Below, piece by piece: positions 17,347 through 25,339 of a DNA stretch of 32,000 bases (position 1 is the first letter of the stretch; every line of letters begins with the position of its first letter). The position numbers and the translations under genes were made by a program. Source of the DNA: Mycobacterium tuberculosis H37Rv (GTDB lineage Bacteria; Actinomycetota; Actinomycetes; Mycobacteriales; Mycobacteriaceae). The DNA lies in contig NC_000962.3 in NCBI RefSeq assembly GCF_000195955.2, forward strand, positions 2,100,001-2,132,000, written 5' to 3'. Under the pieces are notes generated by a model. The model worked only from the letters and a program-made list of their open reading frames with translations, ran no database searches and was not told the origin of the DNA.

Positions 17347-19446
17347 GTGCAGATCCTGGTTACCGACGCCACGGGTGCCGTCGGGCGGTCGGTCACTCGG
17401 CAGTTGATCGCTGCCGGACACACGGTGAGCGGTATAGCCCAGCACCCGCACGATGCTCTGGACCCCCGCGTCGACTATGTTTGCGCGTCGTTGCGCAACC
17501 CAGTGCTGCAAGAGTTAGCCGGCGAAGCCGACGCGGTGATCCATCTCGCCCCGGTCGACACCAGCGCCCCGGGCGGTGTTGGCATCACCGGACTGGCACA
17601 TGTGGCCAACGCGGCCGCCCGCGCCGGTGCCCGGCTGCTGTTCGTTTCTCAGGCCGCTGGGCGACCCGAACTATATCGGCAGGCTGAGACGCTGGTGTCC
17701 ACCGGTTGGGCACCCAGCTTGGTCATCCGTATTGCGCCACCGGTCGGCCGCCAACTCGATTGGATGGTGTGCCGGACAGTGGCCACGCTGCTGCGGAGCA
17801 AAGTCTCGGCACGGCCGATACGAGTGCTACATCTCGACGACTTGGTCCGCTTCCTGGTTTTGGCGCTGAATACCGACCGCAACGGTGTCGTTGACCTGGC
17901 CACCCCTGACACCACCAATGTGGTCACCGCGTGGCGGCTGCTCCGATCCGTGGACCCGCACTTGCGAACACGTCGGGTCCGCAGCTGGGAGCAATTGATT
18001 CCCGAGGTGGATATCGCTGCCGTGCAGGAGGATTGGAACTTCGAGTTCGGCTGGCAAGCGACCGAAGCAATTGTCGACACCGGGCGGGGCCTCGTCGGCC
18101 GCAGACTGCACCCGGCAGGCGCGACCAACGGATCGGGTCAACTAGCACTGCCGGTGGAGGCGCCCCCGCGGTCTGTGCCTTCCCACGGGGAACCCTTGGG
18201 CAGCGCGGCTCCAGAAGGGTTGGAGGGAGAGTTCGACGACCGTATCGACGAGCGGTTCCCGGTCTTCAGCTCGGCCAGTCTCGCCGAAGCGCTGCCGGGT
18301 CCGCTGACCCCGATGACGCTGGATGTCCAGTTGAGTGGACTGCGCGCGGCCGGTCGGGCGATGGGTCGGGTACTGGCGCTTGGCGGTGTCGTTGCCGATG
18401 AGTGGGAGAGAAGAGCCATCGCGGTGTTCGGTCACCGCCCGTATATCGGAGTGTCGGCCAATATTGTGGCCGCCGCCCAACTGCCGGGGTGGGACGCGCA
18501 GGCCGTAGCCCGGCGGGCACTGGGCGAGCAACCGCAGGTCACTGAGCTGCTTCCGTTTGGTCGACCGCAACTTGCGGGCGGACCGCTCGGCTCGGTCGCG
18601 AAGGTGGTCGTGACGGCGCGGTCGCTGGCCCTGCTGCGCCATCTCCGGAGCGACACACACCACTATGTTGCCGCCGCAGATGCCGAGCACCTCGCTGCCG
18701 GGCAGCTTGCCTCGCTACCGGACGCCGGCTTGGAGGTCCGGATTCGGCTGTTGCGTGATCGCATCCACCAAGGCTGGATTCTTACGGTGCTGTGGGTGAT
18801 CGACACGGGCGTCACAGCGGCGACGTTAGAGCACACCCGCGCAGGCTCCGCGGTGTCCGGAGGGGGCATGATCATGGAAAGTGGCAGAATCGGCGCCGAG
18901 ATTGCTCCGCTGGCTGCGGTGCTGCGCGCCGACCCGCCGCTGTGCGCGCTGGCCAACGACGGCAACCTCGCCAGCATCCGCGCGCTGTCTGCTCCCGCCG
19001 CCGCCGCAGTTGACGCGGTCATTGCCCGGATAGGGCACCGCGGGTTAGGCGAAGCCGAGCTGGCTAACCTGACGTTTGCCGACGATCCGGCGCTACTGCT
19101 GAAGACAGCCGCCGAAATCGCCGCGCGGCCCGCCGGGCCAGCTCACCCAGCGACGTTGATCCAGCGACTGGCTGCCGGCACGCGCAGTGCCCGGGAGCTG
19201 GCGCACGACACCACCATCCGATTCACCCATGAGCTCCGGATGACATTGCGGGAGTTGGGATCTCGACGAGTCGCGGCGGATGTGATAGACGTCGTTGACG
19301 ACGTGTTCTACCTGACCTGCGACGAACTGATTACCACGCCGGCCGACGCTCGGCTGCGAATCAAACGTCGGCGCGCCGAACGAGAACGCCTGCAGGCACA
19401 GCGCCCGCCAGACGTTATCGATCATGCCTGGGTACCCGTGGAGTAG
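17347..19446 (+). CDS. Fusion protein: N-terminal NAD(P)-binding Rossmann (extended-SDR/epimerase-like) domain plus large C-terminal domain of uncertain family (Rv1868-like)
   Basis: 699 aa from GTG 17347, preceded by GGGGGAGGTGAGG. The N-terminus ILVTDATGAVGRSV is a GxxGxxG-type motif. C-terminal region motifs are ASLAEALPGPLTPMTLDV and DVFYLTCDEL. High GC3 throughout. Confidence 0.8.
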   Translation: MQILVTDATGAVGRSVTRQLIAAGHTVSGIAQHPHDALDPRVDYVCASLRNPVLQELAGEADAVIHLAPVDTSAPGGVGITGLAHVANAAARAGARLLFVSQAAGRPELYRQAETLVSTGWAPSLVIRIAPPVGRQLDWMVCRTVATLLRSKVSARPIRVLHLDDLVRFLVLALNTDRNGVVDLATPDTTNVVTAWRLLRSVDPHLRTRRVRSWEQLIPEVDIAAVQEDWNFEFGWQATEAIVDTGRGLVGRRLHPAGATNGSGQLALPVEAPPRSVPSHGEPLGSAAPEGLEGEFDDRIDERFPVFSSASLAEALPGPLTPMTLDVQLSGLRAAGRAMGRVLALGGVVADEWERRAIAVFGHRPYIGVSANIVAAAQLPGWDAQAVARRALGEQPQVTELLPFGRPQLAGGPLGSVAKVVVTARSLALLRHLRSDTHHYVAAADAEHLAAGQLASLPDAGLEVRIRLLRDRIHQGWILTVLWVIDTGVTAATLEHTRAGSAVSGGGMIMESGRIGAEIAPLAAVLRADPPLCALANDGNLASIRALSAPAAAAVDAVIARIGHRGLGEAELANLTFADDPALLLKTAAEIAARPAGPAHPATLIQRLAAGTRSARELAHDTTIRFTHELRMTLRELGSRRVAADVIDVVDDVFYLTCDELITTPADARLRIKRRRAERERLQAQRPPDVIDHAWVPVE

Positions 19447-19459
19447 CGGTCAACACACG

Positions 19460-20695
19460 TCAATTCGTCGTCAGGTCCGCCAACGGCCACTGCGGATCAA
19501 CCAGCCTGTCAACGTCGACCGGGTTCCCGGACCGGATCAGGCCCTTGACGTCGTCCACCACGTCCCAGACGTTGACATTCATCCCGGCTAGCACCCGGCT
19601 GTCGCCGTCGAGCCAGAAGGAGAGGAACTCGCGGCCGGCAACGTTGCCACGGAACACCACCCGATCACAGCTGGGGGCGTGGCCGACGTACTCCATGCCG
19701 AGGTCGTATTGATCGGTGAACAAATAGGGCAGTTCAGCGTATTCGCCCGGCCGGCCCAGCATGCCGGCAGCCGCCACCGCGGGTTGTTTGAGCGCGTTGG
19801 CCCAGTGTTCGGTACGGACGCGGGTACCCAATAGCGGGTGTTCAGCGGCGGCAATGTCGCCGACTGCGTAGATGTCGGGATCGCTGGTGCGCAGCGATGC
19901 ATCAACCAACACACCGCCCTCGCCCATCGCCAGCCCGGCCTGTTGGGCGAGTTCTACGTTGGGCTTCGCGCCCACAGCGACTAGCACGGCGTCGGCGGCA
20001 ACCGTCGACCCGTCACGCATCTTGAGCCCGGTCGCCTTGCCGTCGGCTGCAGTGATCTCTTCGAGCTGGGTCTGCAACCGTAAGTCCACCCCTTGATCTC
20101 GATGTAGGTCGGCAAACACTTTGCCAACCGCTTCCCCGAGCGCGGCCAGCAGCGGTTGTATGGCGGTCTCGACGACGGTGACGTCGACGCCACGTTGACG
20201 CGCACTGGCGGCCACTTCCAGGCCTATCCAGCCGGCACCCACCACTGCGAGGGAAGACCCCTGCACCAGAACGGAGTTCAATGCCACGGCGTCGTTGTAG
20301 CTGCGCAGGTAGTGGACGCCGGCGGCATCGGATCCAGGTATTGGTGGGCGCCGTGGGGCCGATCCCGTGGCCAACAGCAGCTTGTCGTAGCGCACCGCAG
20401 CGCCGTCGGGAAGCTCTACCGTGTGTGCGGACCGATCCAATGACGACACCCGCACGCCGAGCCGCACATCCACGTCATGGTCGCGGTACCAATCGGAGGT
20501 CTGGATGGTGAAGTCGCTCAGCGACTTTTTGCCGGCCAGAAACTCCTTGGAAAGCGGCGGCCGGTCGTAGGGCAGGTGCTCTTCGTCGCCGAACAAGATA
20601 ATCCGACCGCCGAAGTCGCTGCGGCGCAACGCCTCTACGGCTTTAGCCCCGGCAAGTCCCCCGCCAACAATGACGAACGTGGTTGAGCTGGCCAT
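19460..20695 (-). CDS. FAD/NAD(P)H-dependent ferredoxin (or rubredoxin) reductase family oxidoreductase (Rv1869c-like)
   Basis: 411 aa from ATG. FAD motif FVIVGGGLAGAKA, NAD motif LAVVGAGWIGLEVA, and YAVGD; C-terminal reductase dimerisation domain. Confidence 0.9.
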   Translation of the reverse strand: MASSTTFVIVGGGLAGAKAVEALRRSDFGGRIILFGDEEHLPYDRPPLSKEFLAGKKSLSDFTIQTSDWYRDHDVDVRLGVRVSSLDRSAHTVELPDGAAVRYDKLLLATGSAPRRPPIPGSDAAGVHYLRSYNDAVALNSVLVQGSSLAVVGAGWIGLEVAASARQRGVDVTVVETAIQPLLAALGEAVGKVFADLHRDQGVDLRLQTQLEEITAADGKATGLKMRDGSTVAADAVLVAVGAKPNVELAQQAGLAMGEGGVLVDASLRTSDPDIYAVGDIAAAEHPLLGTRVRTEHWANALKQPAVAAAGMLGRPGEYAELPYLFTDQYDLGMEYVGHAPSCDRVVFRGNVAGREFLSFWLDGDSRVLAGMNVNVWDVVDDVKGLIRSGNPVDVDRLVDPQWPLADLTTN

Positions 20696-20794
20696 AATTG
20701 CTGCTCCGTCCTGTTGTGTGCGGTGCCGCTTGACAGCCTACGAGCCGGTCGCGTACCTGGGTCAACCGGTCACCTGCAGGCGCAGCTCGTCGTC

Positions 20795-21430
20795 TTACGC
20801 CACTCGCACTAACGCAGCAGCGAGCAGCGCATTGGAGCTGGGTGCCACCGACGCCAGCTTCTTCGGGTCAGTGGGCAAGCCGAGCTGCTTCGCCGCGGCG
20901 GTGGCTCGATCGTCGAAATACGGTCGTACCCAGATCCAGACGTCTTGGACCTCGCGTAAGAAAATGTCGGCACCGGTGTCGCCGATTCCGTTGAAAGTCT
21001 TGAGCATACGTTTGGCGGCCGAAACGTCGGGTCGTGTGCGCTGGGCGAGTTCCCGCAAATCACCGGAGTACTCGTCGCGAACCCGGTGAGCGATAGCGGT
21101 GAGCCGGGTGGCTGAGCTCTCGTCATACCGCACGTAGTGGGCACGGCCAAACGCACTGATCATCGTTTGTCGCTCTGCTGACAGCACAGCTTTGGGTGTC
21201 CGCAGGCCCGAGCAGAACAATTCCCGGGCGGCACGTGCTGCCGTGGCGGCACCGATCGGCTTGCTGGCCAGCATGCACAGCACCAGCAGCTGAAACAGCG
21301 GCATCGGTTTGTCCCTGATCCGGATTCCCGCCTCCGCCGCGTAAGTGGTGCCGGCGAGTTTAAGCAGTCGTCGTGCCAGTGGCTCCGGCTTGATCACAAG
21401 CAACCGCATACCCGCAATGCGTGGCGGCAA
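20795..21430 (-). CDS. Conserved hypothetical protein with helix-hairpin-helix motif, endonuclease III/HhH-GPD-like superfamily (Rv1870c-like)
   Basis: 211 aa if the TTG at 21430 is used; an ATG at 21409 is the alternative. HhH-like FNGIGDTGADIFLREV. The coding call rests on ORF length and GC3; the function is uncertain. Confidence 0.7.
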   Translation of the reverse strand: MPPRIAGMRLLVIKPEPLARRLLKLAGTTYAAEAGIRIRDKPMPLFQLLVLCMLASKPIGAATAARAARELFCSGLRTPKAVLSAERQTMISAFGRAHYVRYDESSATRLTAIAHRVRDEYSGDLRELAQRTRPDVSAAKRMLKTFNGIGDTGADIFLREVQDVWIWVRPYFDDRATAAAKQLGLPTDPKKLASVAPSSNALLAAALVRVA

Positions 21431-21494
21431 ACCGCGACTATTGCTCGGGCAAGCGCGCTCCGGCGGCCTAAGCCCCGGTTCCGGCCAACCCCTG

Positions 21495-21884
21495 TCAGTC
21501 CAAATCCACCCGGATGGTCAGCAAGTCGGTGCCCATCGCGCGTACGCCGGCACTGTTCAGCCGGGGTAGGCCGCGCAGCCGCTGCCTCGGATCGTCGTCG
21601 GGTAGCAGGTAGGCGGTCCCACTGCGCCATCGGCCGCCGATGCGGACCCGCACGGCGGGGTTGGCCTTGATGTTGTAGACGTAATCGGAATGCTCGCCGT
21701 GCTCGGACACCATCCAGAACTGGTTGTCTACGACGCGCCCGCCCACCGCGGTACGCCGCGGCTGTCCCGTTTTGCGGCCGATGGTTTCGAGCATGGTCAT
21801 CGGCAGTTGCCGGCCGATTGGATTGACCACGAACCGTTGCACGCGATGGACGAATTCCCGCTTGAGATTCATAGCTGCATTCAA
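21495..21884 (-). CDS. Ddn-like deazaflavin (F420H2)-dependent nitroreductase/FDOR-A family protein (Rv1871c-like)
   Basis: 129 aa from TTG 21884; an ATG at 21872 is the alternative. TIGRKTGQPRRT and NIKANPAVRVRI closely mirror the Ddn-family motifs TTGRKTGQPR and NLKANPKVQVQI. Confidence 0.8.
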   Translation of the reverse strand: MNAAMNLKREFVHRVQRFVVNPIGRQLPMTMLETIGRKTGQPRRTAVGGRVVDNQFWMVSEHGEHSDYVYNIKANPAVRVRIGGRWRSGTAYLLPDDDPRQRLRGLPRLNSAGVRAMGTDLLTIRVDLD

Positions 21885-21906
21885 CGCTACCGATCTGGCC
21901 GCGGCC

Positions 21907-23151
21907 TCACGTTGGTGCCCCGATAGGGCCGAGCCGCCGCAGTTGTGTCACGTGCCGAGGTGACAGCTCCTCAAGGCAGGTCACGCCCAGTAGCCGCATG
22001 GTCCGGATCACACCTGTCTGAAGGATCTCGATCGCGCGGTTGACGCCCGCCTCACCACCGGCCATCAGCCCGTAAAGGTAGGCCCGCCCGATCAGCGTGC
22101 ACCGTGCCCCCAACGCGATCGCCGCGACGATATCGGCGCCCGACATGATGCCGGTGTCCACCAGGATTTCGGTGTGTTTGCCCAGTTCGCGTGCCACGTG
22201 GGGCAACAGGTGGAAGGGTACCGGGGCTCGGTCAAGCTGGCGGCCGCCGTGATTGGACAACACGATGCCGTCGACGCCGCGGTCCACCACGGCGCGGGCG
22301 TCGTCGAGTGTTTGGATCCCTTTGACAACGAGCTTGCCCGGCCACTGCGACTTGATCCAGGCCAAATCGTCGAAGGTGAGGCTGGGGTCGAACACGGTGT
22401 TCAAGTACTCGCCGACGGTGCCAGGCCAGCGATCCAGTGAAGCGAAGGCCAGCGGTTCGGTGGTCAACAAGTCGAACCACCACCGCGGGTGTCCCATCGC
22501 GTCGAGAACGGTTCGCAGCGTCAGCGCCGGCGGGATGGACATCCCGTTGCGGACATCGCGTAGCCGGGCACCGGCGACCGGGACGTCGACCGTGACCAGC
22601 ATGGTGTCAAATCCCGCGGCGGCGACGCGCCGCACCAATGCCATCGAGCGGTCTCGATCACGCCACATATACAGCTGGAACCATTTGCGGCCCTGCGGCA
22701 CAGCGATGACGAGGTCTTCGATGGCACAGGTGGCCAGGGTGGATAGCGAAAACGGGATCCCAGCCGCGGCCGCCGCCCGCGCGCCGGCGATCTCGCCCTC
22801 GGTGTGCATCAAGCGGGTGAACCCGGTTGGCGCGATCCCGAATGGCAAGACGGTGGGCTGACCGAGGACGTTCCAGCCGGCGCACACGGTGGTGACGTCA
22901 CGCAGGATTGTCGGGTGAAACTCGATGTCGCGGAACCCTTGTCGAGCACGCGCGATGGACAGTTCGTCCTCGGCACCCCCGTCGGCGTAGTCGAACGCCG
23001 CCCTAGGGGTACGCCGTTTGGCAATGCGTCGCAGGTCCTGGATGGTCAGCGCGGCGCCCAGGCGGCGCTTGGAGGTGTCGAACTGCGGCCTGTTGAACTG
23101 GAGCAGGGGTGCCAGATCGCGCACTCTGGGCACTCGCCGGTTGACCGCCAT
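21907..23151 (-). CDS. lldD2: FMN-dependent L-lactate (alpha-hydroxy acid) dehydrogenase LldD2 (Rv1872c)
   Basis: 414 aa from ATG 23151. Alpha-hydroxy-acid oxidase TIM barrel with SNHGGRQLD and [12 protein letters not shown] motifs. Confidence 0.93.
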
Positions 23152-23173
23152 CCGTTTATCTAACCAGTTTGAT

Positions 23174-23611
23174 ATGAAGTCAGCAAGCGACCCGTTCGAC
23201 CTGAAGCGTTTCGTGTACGCGCAGGCTCCGGTCTACCGCAGCGTCGTCGAGGAGCTGCGCGCCGGACGAAAGCGCGGTCATTGGATGTGGTTCGTCTTCC
23301 CACAACTCCGCGGGCTAGGTAGTAGCCCACTGGCAGTGCGCTACGGCATCTCCTCGCTCGAGGAAGCCCAGGCCTATCTGCAGCATGACCTGCTCGGGCC
23401 CCGCTTGCATGAGTGCACCGGGTTGGTCAACCAGGTGCAAGGCCGCTCAATCGAGGAAATCTTCGGCCCGCCCGACGACCTCAAGCTGTGCTCGTCGATG
23501 ACCCTGTTCGCCCGTGCCACCGACGCCAACCAGGACTTTGTCGCGCTGCTCGCCAAGTATTACGGCGGCGGAGAGGACCGGCGGACGGTGGCATTACTGG
23601 CGGTCACATAG
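23174..23611 (+). CDS. DUF1810-family protein (Rv1873-like), 145 aa
   Basis: ATG 23174. The track start at 23018 lies inside lldD2 antisense and is rejected. [12 protein letters not shown]...[21 protein letters not shown] is the hallmark DUF1810 N-terminal region. Confidence 0.8.
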
Positions 23612-23665
23612 ACCGCGCGATCCACCGGGGCGTCGACGCCTGACAGCGGATGTAGGTTCGGGCTC

Positions 23666-24370
23666 ATGGAGAAGGTGATCGCCGTGCTCATGCGGCCCGA
23701 GCCAGACGACGACTGGTGTGCCCGCCAACGAGCTCAAGTCGCCGACGCCCTGCTGGGACTGGGCGTTGCTGGGCTGTCGATCAATGTCCGGGACAGTACC
23801 GTGCGCGACTCACTGATGACCCTGACAACGCTGTACCCACCGGTCGCAGCGGTGGTCAGCCTGTGGACCCAGCAGTGCTATGGCGAGCAGGTAGCAGCCG
23901 CCCTCAGGCTACTGGCTCAGGAGTGTGATGAACTCGGCGCATACCTGGTGACCGAGTCGGTTCCGCTGACCTTCCCATCGCTCGTCGAGTCCGGTTCTCG
24001 TACACCGGGTCTGGCCAACATCGCGCTCCTGCGCCGGCCCGATGGCCTGGACCAGGCGACCTGGCTGACCCGCTGGCAGCGCGACCACACGCAAGTGGCT
24101 ATCGAGGCACAGGCGACATTCGGCTACACCCAGAACTGGGTGGTACGAGCCCTCACCCCAGAGGCACCGGGAATCGCGGGCATTGTCGAAGAGTTGTTTC
24201 CCGTGGCGGCGACAACCGATCTGAAAGCCTTCTTCGGAGCCGCCGACGACAACGATCTGCGGAATCGGATAAGCCGGATGGTCGCGAGCACATCTGCATT
24301 CGGTGCCAACCAGAACATCGACACCGTGCCAACCAGCCGCTACGTGTTCAGAACACCGTTCAAGGATTGA
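23666..24370 (+). CDS. Conserved hypothetical protein, possibly two EthD-like (dimeric alpha/beta-barrel) repeats (Rv1874-like)
   Basis: 234 aa from ATG 23666; an in-frame GTG 18 nt downstream is possible. Both halves begin with EthD-like strands (KVIAVLMRPEP and ANIALLRRPDGL). The domain call is weak; the coding call rests on length and GC3. Confidence 0.7.
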   Translation: MEKVIAVLMRPEPDDDWCARQRAQVADALLGLGVAGLSINVRDSTVRDSLMTLTTLYPPVAAVVSLWTQQCYGEQVAAALRLLAQECDELGAYLVTESVPLTFPSLVESGSRTPGLANIALLRRPDGLDQATWLTRWQRDHTQVAIEAQATFGYTQNWVVRALTPEAPGIAGIVEELFPVAATTDLKAFFGAADDNDLRNRISRMVASTSAFGANQNIDTVPTSRYVFRTPFKD

Positions 24371-24380
24371 GGAACGTGAG

Positions 24381-24824
24381 ATGACAACACTCAACGAAGC
24401 CGCGGCACTGGCGGCGGCAGAACGTGGGCTTGCGGTGGTTTCCACCGTTCGTGCCGACGGCACCGTGCAGGCGTCGCTGGTCAACGTTGGACTGTTGCCG
24501 CATCCTGTCAGCGGCGAACCATCTCTGGGATTCACCACCTATGGCAAGGTCAAACTCGGCAACCTTAGGGCGCGCCCACAACTGGCCGTCACGTTCCGCA
24601 ACGGTTGGCAGTGGGCGACCGTCGAAGGCCGAGCACAACTTGTCGGCCCCGACGATCCGCGGCCGTGGCTGGTCGACGGCGAGCGATTGCGGCTGCTACT
24701 CCGCGAGGTCTTCACTGCGGCGGGTGGCACGCACGACGACTGGGACGAGTACGACCGGGTGATGGCGCAGGAGCAGCGCGCCGTGGTGCTGATCACGCCC
24801 ACCCGCATCTACAGCAACGGCTGA
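24381..24824 (+). CDS. PPOX-class (pyridoxamine-5'-phosphate-oxidase-fold) probable F420-dependent enzyme, FDOR-B (Rv1875-like), 147 aa
   Basis: ATG 24381 lies 10 nt after the upstream stop; the track start at 24303 overlaps that gene. LAVVSTVRADGTVQASLVNVG and VVLITPTRIYSN match the split-barrel PPOX pattern. Confidence 0.85.
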   Translation: MTTLNEAAALAAAERGLAVVSTVRADGTVQASLVNVGLLPHPVSGEPSLGFTTYGKVKLGNLRARPQLAVTFRNGWQWATVEGRAQLVGPDDPRPWLVDGERLRLLLREVFTAAGGTHDDWDEYDRVMAQEQRAVVLITPTRIYSNG

Positions 24825-24829
24825 GGGAC

Positions 24830-25042
24830 TCAGCAAACGGCGTCGCTCGTGCGACCTGCGGGGTCGAGTTGGGTTGGGTTGAGTCGGGCGGCTGCGATGA
24901 TAGCTCGCAGTGTGCGCCGGCAGCGTCCGCAGTCGCCGCCAGCCCCGCACACAGCGGCCACTTCTTTGGAGGTCGACGCACCTCGCGCCACGGCGTCACA
25001 CACGGTTTGGTTGGTGACGCCGACGCACAAGCACACGTACAT
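24830..25042 (-). CDS. bfd: Bacterioferritin-associated ferredoxin (Bfd-like [2Fe-2S] protein), 70 aa
   Basis: ATG 25042 gives MYVCLCVGVTNQTV...VCGAGGDCGRCRRTL. This is the Bfd signature (MYVCLC N-terminus plus CxxC, four Cys ligands). Divergent from bfrA and sharing the IdeR-box region. The track start (TTG 25048) is two codons upstream. Confidence 0.85.
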   Translation of the reverse strand: MYVCLCVGVTNQTVCDAVARGASTSKEVAAVCGAGGDCGRCRRTLRAIIAAARLNPTQLDPAGRTSDAVC

Positions 25043-25090
25043 CAGCAAACCCCCAGCAGATGCTGCGTCGGCGAACGATCAAGCCGCATA

Positions 25091-25109
25091 TTAGTGGAGT
25101 CTAGCCTAA
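25091..25109. promoter_or_regulatory. IdeR iron box 1
   Basis: TTAGTGGAGTCTAGCCTAA matches the 19-bp IdeR consensus TTAGGTTAGGCTAACCTAA at 14/19 positions. It lies 49 bp from the bfd ATG. Confidence 0.85.
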
Positions 25110-25114
25110 GCTGA

Positions 25115-25133
25115 TTAGTGGAGTCTAACCTAA
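25115..25133. promoter_or_regulatory. IdeR iron box 2
   Basis: TTAGTGGAGTCTAACCTAA matches the consensus at 15/19 and box 1 at 18/19. It starts 24 bp after box 1 and lies 207 bp upstream of the bfrA ATG. Confidence 0.85.
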
Positions 25134-25339
25134 CAATGACCCGCGGCTTGGACTTTGCGCCGGCGAGACGCGCCGACGCCGCAACAAACCCTGCGCCGAC
25201 CCGTACTCGCTGCACTAGATTGAGACGCGGCACGCAAACGTGCTGTTATCAGCCCAAGACGAGCCCGACACCGGTGCGCTCCAGCCCTGCCCACCTGGCG
25301 CGGTTCGCCACGACAGCCTTATATCCCATAGGAGTGGTC

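Noticed and set aside
25118-25339. Upstream extension of the bfrA ORF (233-aa version)
   Set aside because: It would start inside the IdeR boxes and add 74 non-ferritin residues. ATG 25340 has a GGAG SD and gives the canonical 159-aa bacterioferritin.
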